Assembly (NCBI RefSeq): GCF_965644225.1
Contig: NZ_CBFFRJ010000026.1
Location: 21,276 to 45,275, forward strand
From: Phytobacter sp. V91
GTDB taxonomy: Bacteria > Pseudomonadota > Gammaproteobacteria > Enterobacterales > Enterobacteriaceae
DNA length: 24,000 nt
Reading direction: 5' to 3'
Of this stretch, positions 10,655 to 17,332 are shown piece by piece. The notes under the pieces were generated by a model, which saw only the letters and a program-made list of their open reading frames with translations, did not search any database and was not told the origin of the DNA. Each line of letters starts with the position of its first letter. The stretch's first letter is position 1. Made by a program: the position numbers and the translations under genes.

Positions 10655-10683
10655 GCCAGCAGGTATTATCTGCTGGCTTTTTT
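10655..10683 (+). terminator. SgrS rho-independent terminator
   Basis: Stem gccagcag, loop gtattat, stem ctgctggc, followed by TTTTTT. Homologous to the E. coli SgrS terminator CCAGCAGATTATACCTGCTGGTTTTTTTT. Confidence 0.85.
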
Positions 10684-10709
10684 CGCTTCTACGCATGCAA
10701 AGGATTTTT

Positions 10710-11891
10710 ATGCTCTGGTTGATGACGATGGGACGCCGCCTGAACGGCATATACCTCGCTTTTATGATGGTCGCGTTTATGATCGGCGTCGCTGGCGCGC
10801 TACAGGCCCCGACACTGAGCCTTTTTCTCAGCCGCGAAGTGGGTGTTGAGCCCTTCTGGGTGGGGCTGTTTTATACGGTAAACGCCGTGGCCGGTATCGT
10901 GGTGAGCCTCGGGCTTGCGAAGCGTTCAGATAGTCGTGGCGACAGGCGCAAGCTGATCATGTTCTGCTGCCTGATGGCGGCGGGTAACGCACTCCTCTTC
11001 GCTTTTAACCGCCACTACCTGACGCTCATTACCTGCGGTGTGTTTCTTGCTTCACTGGCGAGTACCGCGATGCCGCAGCTTTTTGCTCTGGCCCGGGAAT
11101 ACGCAGACAGTTCGGCGCGGGAAGTGGTGATGTTCAGCTCCATTATGCGTGCCCAGATTTCCGTTGCCTGGGTCATTGGCCCGCCGCTGGCATTTATGCT
11201 GGCGCTCAATTATGGCTTCACCGCCATGTACGTGATTGCCGCCGGGATTTTTGTGATTAGCCTCGTGTTGATTGCTTTATGGCTGCCTTCCGTGAAACGG
11301 GTGGAACAACCTGCTGATATTGCCGTTACCCAGGTGCGCGGCTGGAATAACAGCAATGTGCGCATGTTGTTTATCGCCTCCACGCTGATGTGGACCTGCA
11401 ACACCATGTACATCATTGATATGCCGCTATGGATTAGCTCGGTGCTGGGGCTGCCTGACAGTCTGGCTGGCGTGTTAATGGGGACAGCGGCAGGGCTGGA
11501 AATACCGGCCATGATCCTTGCGGGCTACTACGTTAAGCGCTTTGGTAAACGTAAGATGATGATTGGTGCAGTCATGGCTGGCGTGTTGTTCTATGCGGGT
11601 CTGCTGGTGTTCCATAGCCGCGAAGCCTTGCTGGGGCTGCAAATTTTCAATGCCATTTTTATTGGCATTATCGCCGGGATCGGCATGTTGTGGTTCCAGG
11701 ATTTGATGCCGGGGCGTGCCGGCTCTGCGACAACGCTGTTCACCAACAGTATTTCTACCGGGGTTATTATGGCCGGGGTGATTCAGGGCGCGCTGGCGCA
11801 AAGCTATGGCCATGCCTCGGTATACTGGGTGATAGTCGCGTTTTCGTTGCTGACGTTGCTCCTGACCGTGCGGGTCAAAGAAAGCGCCTAA
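10710..11891 (+). CDS. setA: Sugar efflux transporter A (MFS, SET family), 393 aa
   Basis: Homology to E. coli SetA (MIWIMTMARRMNGVYAAFM...) starts at MLWLMTMGRRLNGIYLAFM (ATG at 10710, AAGGA RBS at 10699-10703). The track ORF start at 10638 lies inside the SgrS 3' domain. Confidence 0.9.
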   Translation: MLWLMTMGRRLNGIYLAFMMVAFMIGVAGALQAPTLSLFLSREVGVEPFWVGLFYTVNAVAGIVVSLGLAKRSDSRGDRRKLIMFCCLMAAGNALLFAFNRHYLTLITCGVFLASLASTAMPQLFALAREYADSSAREVVMFSSIMRAQISVAWVIGPPLAFMLALNYGFTAMYVIAAGIFVISLVLIALWLPSVKRVEQPADIAVTQVRGWNNSNVRMLFIASTLMWTCNTMYIIDMPLWISSVLGLPDSLAGVLMGTAAGLEIPAMILAGYYVKRFGKRKMMIGAVMAGVLFYAGLLVFHSREALLGLQIFNAIFIGIIAGIGMLWFQDLMPGRAGSATTLFTNSISTGVIMAGVIQGALAQSYGHASVYWVIVAFSLLTLLLTVRVKESA

Positions 11892-11900
11892 TCTATAGAA

Positions 11901-11925
11901 CTCCCGGCGGGGCAGATGCCGGGAG
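11901..11925. terminator. Hairpin between convergent setA and the island MFS gene (possible bidirectional terminator)
   Basis: ctcccggc-ggggcagat-gccgggag forms an 8-bp GC-rich stem. There is no strong U-tract on either strand. Confidence 0.45.
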
Positions 11926-11932
11926 CCTCCAG

Positions 11933-13243
11933 TCAATTGAGCTCGATCCGCTTGATATCGCCGATGATAAATATGTAGGCCACCAGACCAATCAACGCCG
12001 TTAAGCCTATGTAGATGAGCGCGTAAAAGAAGTTACCGGTTCCGGCAATAATAAAGCCAATAATTAATGGTGTAATGATCGACGCCATATTGGCACAGAA
12101 ATTAAATATTCCGCCGGTCAGCCCCGCCATATTTTTTGGCGCGATGTCAGAAATTAATGTCCAGCCCAGCCCGACCATTCCCTGACCAAAGAAAGCAACC
12201 GACATAATGACGATGACCAGCGTATTATTGGACACCCAGTTAGCGCTTATAATAAAGCTTGAGAGGAGCAATCCGCTAATGATCGGCAGTTTTCTGCTGA
12301 TGTTTACCGAGGCGGTTTTTTTCAGCAGTTTATCGGATACCCAGCCGCCGAAAATGATGCCAATCGCGGCGGCGAGAAACGGCCAGGTGGCGAACAAACC
12401 CACATGAAGCCAGGGTAACTGGCGCTCCTGAGCCAGATACGTGGGGAACCAGGTCAGAAAGAAAACCAGTGTGGTATTGCCAGCATACTGCCCTAAACTT
12501 GCGCCGATGACCTGCCGACAACAGAGCAGACGTTTGGCATCGGACCAGTTAAAGGGAATATTTTGATTCGCGCTCTCTTTATTTCCAATGCCAATGTAAT
12601 CCAGCTCTTCTTTATTTACGGTCGTAGATTCATGTGGCTCACGGTAATATTTCCACCACACGAAGGTGAATGCGATACCTAACCCGCCGGTAATGAAAAA
12701 GAGCGTTCTCCAGCCATGATGTTCGAGAATTAAAAATAACAGTGGGGAAAATGCAGCAAGGCCGATATATTCCCCAACGGTGTAGGTGGCGGTTGCACGG
12801 GCTCGCTCATGCTGGGGAAACCATGTCCCGACCACCCGGCTGTTGACCGGAAAACAGGGCGCTTCACTGATGCCCAGCCCTAAGCGAAAGAGCAGTAAGG
12901 ATTTTAAACCCAGGGCAAAGCTCTGCATAAGGGTGAAGGTTGACCAGAAAAAGATGGCAAGGGCATAGGTTATTTTGTTGCCGAACCTGTCTAAAAACAT
13001 GCCTCCGGGGATTTGCGCCAGAGCATAGGTCCAGGCAAAAGCAGAGAAGACGATCCCCATCATTGCCGGATCAATATGCAGTTCGCTGGTCAATGCTGGC
13101 GCGACAATACCCAAAATGGTGCGGTCGAGATAATTAATCATTGTGCCAACAGATAATAACAATAAAATTACAATTCTCGCCCGGCTTCTTTTCCTCGTCG
13201 CGGTTAACGGCACGGTGCTTTCCTGATTCGCAATTGTCCTCAT
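11933..13243 (-). CDS. MFS transporter, anion:cation symporter (ACS) family, DgoT/GudP/ExuT-like organic-acid permease (436 aa)
   Basis: The ORF reads INYLDRTILGIVAP...MGIVFSAFAWTYALAQIPGGMFLDRFG...GISEAPCFPVNSRVVGTWFPQHERARA...LTWFPTYL, parallel to E. coli DgoT motifs ([61 protein letters not shown]). I chose the ATG at 13243 (AGGA, 7-nt spacing) over the GTG at 13249. Confidence 0.85.
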   Translation of the reverse strand: MRTIANQESTVPLTATRKRSRARIVILLLLSVGTMINYLDRTILGIVAPALTSELHIDPAMMGIVFSAFAWTYALAQIPGGMFLDRFGNKITYALAIFFWSTFTLMQSFALGLKSLLLFRLGLGISEAPCFPVNSRVVGTWFPQHERARATATYTVGEYIGLAAFSPLLFLILEHHGWRTLFFITGGLGIAFTFVWWKYYREPHESTTVNKEELDYIGIGNKESANQNIPFNWSDAKRLLCCRQVIGASLGQYAGNTTLVFFLTWFPTYLAQERQLPWLHVGLFATWPFLAAAIGIIFGGWVSDKLLKKTASVNISRKLPIISGLLLSSFIISANWVSNNTLVIVIMSVAFFGQGMVGLGWTLISDIAPKNMAGLTGGIFNFCANMASIITPLIIGFIIAGTGNFFYALIYIGLTALIGLVAYIFIIGDIKRIELN

Positions 13244-13267
13244 GTGCACATCCTTTAAAGTTTAAAA

Positions 13268-13299
13268 TATTTTTGCATATATCTGTATATGCAAAAATA
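13268..13299. promoter_or_regulatory. Perfect inverted repeat (14-bp arms, 4-bp spacer) 25-56 nt upstream of the ACS transporter start; candidate operator or 5'-UTR hairpin
   Basis: TATTTTTGCATATA-tctg-TATATGCAAAAATA, read directly from the sequence. Confidence 0.4.
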
Positions 13300-13380
13300 C
13301 TTTCTGGATCCGCTGCTTCTCATATTATGAACCGTTTTGTTACATACTGATCACAGTGCCCGGTAATATTTTGATGTTAC

Positions 13381-13406
13381 ACGGTTATTTTCGCTTTTAT
13401 AACCGT
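13381..13406. promoter_or_regulatory. Dyad ACGGTTAT-N10-ATAACCGT, candidate LysR-type regulator binding site
   Basis: 8-bp perfect arms, 65-90 bp upstream of the LysR gene start. It has the interrupted AT-rich-centred dyad form typical of LTTR boxes. No experimental support. Confidence 0.35.
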
Positions 13407-13470
13407 TGGATATTTCCTTTATGCTATATTTAATGCAGCGATTTTATCTTATATTATACGGTCAAAAATA

Positions 13471-14367
13471 ATGAACCTAAAGCAACTTTATTATTTTAAG
13501 CGACTCTCAGAAACCGAGCATTACACTGAAGCCGCCTCCAGCCTTTTCATCACCCAACCTTCGCTAAGTCATGCTATCTCTGAGCTGGAGAAAGAGCTTG
13601 GCGTATCGTTGTTTGCCAGAAAGGGTCGCAATGTCGAGATCACGCAAAATGGGAAACGCTTTCTTCCCTATGTTGAAGATGCCCTGACGTCGTTAGAGAA
13701 CGGGCGTATGACGTTGCAAAAAAGTGGAATGGATAGCAAAGAAAATATTCGCATTGCTTTTATCTATACCATGGGTGAATATGTTGTTCCGCAGCTAATT
13801 CATCAATATTCTGTAACGCCTTCCCGCCATAATGTAACCTTTTCTTTTACTCAGGGAACGTCACTGACGCTTTTACAGGAGTTAAAGTCAGGGCGTACCG
13901 ATCTGGCTATTTGCTCTTATATTGCCGATGAGCCGGATATCGATTTTATCCCCATCATTCAGCAGGAGTTGGTTGTCGTCACGGCGAAGGAACATCCGCT
14001 CGCAAAATTATACAAAGATGATGTCGACCTTGTTGAAACTATTCATTACCCCTATATCTACTTTTCCGAAAATAGTGGCTTACGGCCTTTTATCGATAAC
14101 GTATTTATTCAGCAGAAGCTGGTGCCGGATATTGCCTGCTATGTTGAAGAGGATACGGCGATGGCGGGACTGGTGAGCATTGATTACGGGATTGCCATCA
14201 TGCCGCGAATTTCTGCACTCGCGAACTACAATGTGCATATCCTGGCGATCAAAAACAAAATACCCCCCCGGTTTATCTATCTGGCGACCATGAAAGACAG
14301 GGTGCTTTCTCCTGCAATTCAGTCGTTTAAAAATTTTGTCATTGATGACAGCCAGAAGAAGCGTTAA
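13471..14367 (+). CDS. LysR-family transcriptional regulator (298 aa)
   Basis: N-terminus MNLKQLYYFKRLSETEHYTEAASSLFITQPSLSHAISELEKELGVSLFAR is a canonical LTTR wHTH. A C-terminal substrate-binding domain is present. Divergent from the ACS transporter gene. Confidence 0.9.
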   Translation: MNLKQLYYFKRLSETEHYTEAASSLFITQPSLSHAISELEKELGVSLFARKGRNVEITQNGKRFLPYVEDALTSLENGRMTLQKSGMDSKENIRIAFIYTMGEYVVPQLIHQYSVTPSRHNVTFSFTQGTSLTLLQELKSGRTDLAICSYIADEPDIDFIPIIQQELVVVTAKEHPLAKLYKDDVDLVETIHYPYIYFSENSGLRPFIDNVFIQQKLVPDIACYVEEDTAMAGLVSIDYGIAIMPRISALANYNVHILAIKNKIPPRFIYLATMKDRVLSPAIQSFKNFVIDDSQKKR

Positions 14368-14369
14368 AT

Positions 14370-14400
14370 CAGTTGCCCGGAGCCTGGCTCCGGGCAACTG
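14370..14400. terminator. Bidirectional terminator hairpin between convergent lysR-family gene and aroD paralog
   Basis: cagttgcccggagc-ctg-gctccgggcaactg, a perfect 14-bp stem with a 3-nt loop, followed by ttt on the plus strand. Confidence 0.7.
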
Positions 14401-14412
14401 TTTCACGGGTTA

Positions 14413-15180
14413 TCAGGACAGGATATCCATCATTTCACGCAACTGAGTAATGGCTATCTGACCCGGCGCCGAGGCCTGACCTGCAGTACCGAATGTCATG
14501 GCTGAACCAAAAATTCGCCCCGTCACACGGCTGACGCCGCCCAGTTTTGCCATCGACATGGTGATGACAGGGCGTGTTGCATAGTGCTCTTTCATTTTCA
14601 GAGTGGCGGACAGTAGCGTCAGCACATCACGCGGCGACTGCGGCATGACTGCAATTTTCGGCAGATCGGCACCGAGATCCTGCATACGGCGAAGGCGATA
14701 GACAATATCTTCCTCGGCAGGGGTTTTGTAGAAATCATGGTTACTCATGATAACTTTCACCCCGTTTGCATGAGCTGTATCGATCACCGTGCGGATCTGC
14801 GCTTCATCGTTGAACAGCTCAATATCAATCAGATCGACCAGCCCACTCTGGGCGGCCTGACGATTGAGTGCAAAGTAGGCCTCGTCACTGATTTCCGTTT
14901 CGCCGCCTTCACGTTTGCTGCGGAAGGTAAACAACAGCGGGATATCTGCCAGCAACTGGCGAATTGCAGCCAGTGCCTGCTGAACCTGCCCTGCGTCTCT
15001 CACCTGAGTAAAATGGTCAACGCGCCACTCAATCAGATCGGCCCCGGCGCTGGTCAGCGAACGGGCATTGGTTTGCAAATCGTCGAGGGTTTTACCGATC
15101 AGCGGTACGCAGATCAGGGTTTTCCCCTCCTGGAAGGTAATATTTTTAACCGTTACTGTATTTATCATTTTGGTATCCAT
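14413..15180 (-). CDS. Type I 3-dehydroquinate dehydratase paralog (255 aa; an alternative start at 15168 would give 251 aa)
   Basis: Collinear with E. coli AroD: EWRVDHF, LLFTFRSKREGGE, VIMSNHDF (catalytic His) and PKIAVMPQS (Schiff-base Lys), ITMSMAKLG and ASAPGQI. Probably not the housekeeping aroD, given its island context. Confidence 0.9.
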   Translation of the reverse strand: MDTKMINTVTVKNITFQEGKTLICVPLIGKTLDDLQTNARSLTSAGADLIEWRVDHFTQVRDAGQVQQALAAIRQLLADIPLLFTFRSKREGGETEISDEAYFALNRQAAQSGLVDLIDIELFNDEAQIRTVIDTAHANGVKVIMSNHDFYKTPAEEDIVYRLRRMQDLGADLPKIAVMPQSPRDVLTLLSATLKMKEHYATRPVITMSMAKLGGVSRVTGRIFGSAMTFGTAGQASAPGQIAITQLREMMDILS

Positions 15181-15200
15181 AATTCTTTTTCGCTGAGCTT

Positions 15201-16415
15201 TCAGACGGTCGCCGTGACGCGCGCAGTTTTGCTGGCAGCATAAACCTGAAACTGACGATACCCGATGTACAGGGCGATCACAAAGCCGATGATGGCGATA
15301 ATTAAATCAAACCACATGATGCTGGCGATGCTAATTTTCGACAGTTTTGCGGTAATCAATGGGATGGTGAAGCTGGCAATGCTACCGGCGGTGTAGAAGA
15401 TCCCTGTGGCTTTGCCTTTCCCGTTCGGGAAGCTCATTGCCATAATGGTTGCCCCCAGTTGCAGCACGCCTCCCGCCGCCGAGAAACCAATGACAAATGC
15501 GAAACCGGTCACAATAAATGCAGTGGGATACAGGCAAACCACCAGTAATGAAACCATTGAAATACCGGTATAGATAACCATCGCCACGGCAGAATTGATG
15601 ACGTTTTTCACAAAGGTTGCAGTGAAGAACACACAGGTCAGTGAACCCGCGGTGTAGATACTCAGCAATTTTATGGCTGATTCGTAGGGGATCCCGGCAA
15701 CATACTGACCGTACTGCGCCAGCCACTGGCTGACCAGATAAAAGGTCGCCATGCCAATATAACCATACAGCGTGAAGATCAGCATATCCAGGCTACTGGC
15801 ATCAGACTTCTGCCCGGCGCTGACGGTGGATTTTTCGACGCTCTGCTTTGCTGCCCGGTGATCGGGGAAGGGCATTTTTATCAGATAGACAGCGCTGATT
15901 ACGATCAGTATTGCCGCAATAATAAATGACCAGCCAAACCACATATCGGCCCAAAGTAACAGACCGATGATAAAGGGCAGCAGGAATTGCCCGGCAGAGA
16001 CAAAGGCCTTGATAAGTACATTGGCCCGGCTTGCCGAATTGGGGAATGCTTCCATTAACGCCGGATAGGTGCCGGAGTCGAGGAAGCTGTTCGCCATCCC
16101 ACCGAGGATGCCAAAGAAGTAGGCGATATAGATATTTTTGGTCAGCAGGATACCGAAGAAAAAGAGCAAATAACTCAGGATACCCAGATAGATAAAGGGC
16201 TTACGTCCGTAACGATCGGAGAGAAAACCCGTCACGATGGTGGCGAGTTTACCGATACCCAAAGACGAAATAACAATCGACACACCGGCCCTGTCCGTTC
16301 CCCACTGCTCCTGCAAATTCGCCATATTGAGGGTAATCAGCAGTACCCCCATGCCGTGGATCAGGTAGTTGAGATACAGCCCGGCCGCGGTCGGGATATA
16401 TTTATTTTTCATCAT
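15201..16415 (-). CDS. MFS transporter, YdiM/YdiN-like (404 aa)
   Basis: MMKNKYIPTAAGLYLNYLIHGMGVLLITLNMANL...SDRYGRKP...GGMANSFLDSGTYPALMEAFP...FYLVSQWLAQYGQ closely parallels E. coli YdiM as I recall it. YdiM is the MFS gene next to ydiB-aroD. Confidence 0.85.
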   Translation of the reverse strand: MMKNKYIPTAAGLYLNYLIHGMGVLLITLNMANLQEQWGTDRAGVSIVISSLGIGKLATIVTGFLSDRYGRKPFIYLGILSYLLFFFGILLTKNIYIAYFFGILGGMANSFLDSGTYPALMEAFPNSASRANVLIKAFVSAGQFLLPFIIGLLLWADMWFGWSFIIAAILIVISAVYLIKMPFPDHRAAKQSVEKSTVSAGQKSDASSLDMLIFTLYGYIGMATFYLVSQWLAQYGQYVAGIPYESAIKLLSIYTAGSLTCVFFTATFVKNVINSAVAMVIYTGISMVSLLVVCLYPTAFIVTGFAFVIGFSAAGGVLQLGATIMAMSFPNGKGKATGIFYTAGSIASFTIPLITAKLSKISIASIMWFDLIIAIIGFVIALYIGYRQFQVYAASKTARVTATV

Positions 16416-16423
16416 TTCGCCCC

Positions 16424-17287
16424 TTAAAAAAGGACATTCTTGACGTAATCCACCGGCATCTCTTTGCCTGTCCAGATTTCGAATGCTTTTGCGCCCTGCC
16501 AGAGCATCATTCCCAGGCCGTTCAGCGTGCGGCAGCCTTTCTTCTCAGCCACTTGCAGCAGGTGGGTTTTGCGCGGGTTGTAAATCACGTCAGAGACGAT
16601 CAGGTCCGGGCGCAGGAAGCTGTCATTCGGCAGCAGCATCTGGCCTTCAAAGGGTTTCATGCCGACACCGGTGGCATTGGTGAGGATCACGCTGCTGTCG
16701 ATTTCCTGGCGCAGTTTGTCGTGGTCGGCAATATCAAACAGGTGGATTTCGCAGTTCGTGTTATTGCGGATCTTGGCGACGGTTTGCTCTGCGTTAGCGA
16801 AGAATTTATCTTTCTGGTTGAAGATAGAGATCTCTTTCACACCATCCAGCGCAGCCTGCACACAAAGGGCTGTTGCTGCGCCGCCTGCGCCCAGTACGGT
16901 CATTTTTTTGCCGATGATATCAATGCCGTCTTCAGCAAGTGCGCGCATGTAGCCGGTGCCATCGGTAATGTGGCCGGTTAACACGCCGTTATCGTTAACA
17001 ACGGTATTGACCGCGCCAACCAGTTCCGCCGCCGGGGACAGTTTGTCCAGATACTGGCAAATCGCGGTTTTGTTCGGCATGGAGACGTTAAAACCCCGTA
17101 GTTTCAGCGCGCGGAAGCCCTGGACAACGTCTTTCAGCTCCTGGTTGTCCACTTCAAACGCCAGGTAGACATAATCCAGGCCCAGATGGGCGAAAGCTTC
17201 ATTGTGCATGGTCGGCGACATGCTGTGACGAATCGGAGTAGCAATCAGTCCAATCAGCTCAGTGTGACCAGTAATACGTTCTGCCAT
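16424..17287 (-). CDS. Quinate/shikimate dehydrogenase, YdiB-like (287 aa)
   Basis: Collinear with E. coli YdiB: ELIGLIATPIRHSMSP, YLAFEVDN, NVSMPNK (catalytic Lys), LVGAVNTVVND, TDGTG (catalytic Asp), GAGGAATA dinucleotide loop, and IFNQKD aligning to YdiB LFNRRD (an acidic residue suggests NAD use). GAGGA RBS. Confidence 0.9.
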   Translation of the reverse strand: MAERITGHTELIGLIATPIRHSMSPTMHNEAFAHLGLDYVYLAFEVDNQELKDVVQGFRALKLRGFNVSMPNKTAICQYLDKLSPAAELVGAVNTVVNDNGVLTGHITDGTGYMRALAEDGIDIIGKKMTVLGAGGAATALCVQAALDGVKEISIFNQKDKFFANAEQTVAKIRNNTNCEIHLFDIADHDKLRQEIDSSVILTNATGVGMKPFEGQMLLPNDSFLRPDLIVSDVIYNPRKTHLLQVAEKKGCRTLNGLGMMLWQGAKAFEIWTGKEMPVDYVKNVLF

Positions 17288-17332
17288 GATAAAGTCCTCA
17301 ATTATTGGAAATGGAATTATTTTTCGTTGCCG

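Larger units (their letters stand above)
10312..10683 (+). ncRNA. sgrS: SgrS dual-function sRNA, unusually long (about 370 nt) because of an internal ERIC insertion
   Basis: The 5' end gatgaaagcgagg parallels the E. coli SgrS +1 GATGAAGCAAGG. The 3' domain gcagccATCATGTGTGACTGAGTATTGGTGcgaatcacc plus the terminator is nearly identical to the E. coli SgrS base-pairing and Hfq region. The 5' boundary is inferred by homology. Confidence 0.8.

Noticed and set aside
10541-10750. 69-aa minus-strand ORF spanning the ERIC, the SgrS 3' domain and the setA start
   Set aside because: It overlaps a repeat element, a conserved sRNA domain and a terminator. It has no RBS and no recognisable protein features.
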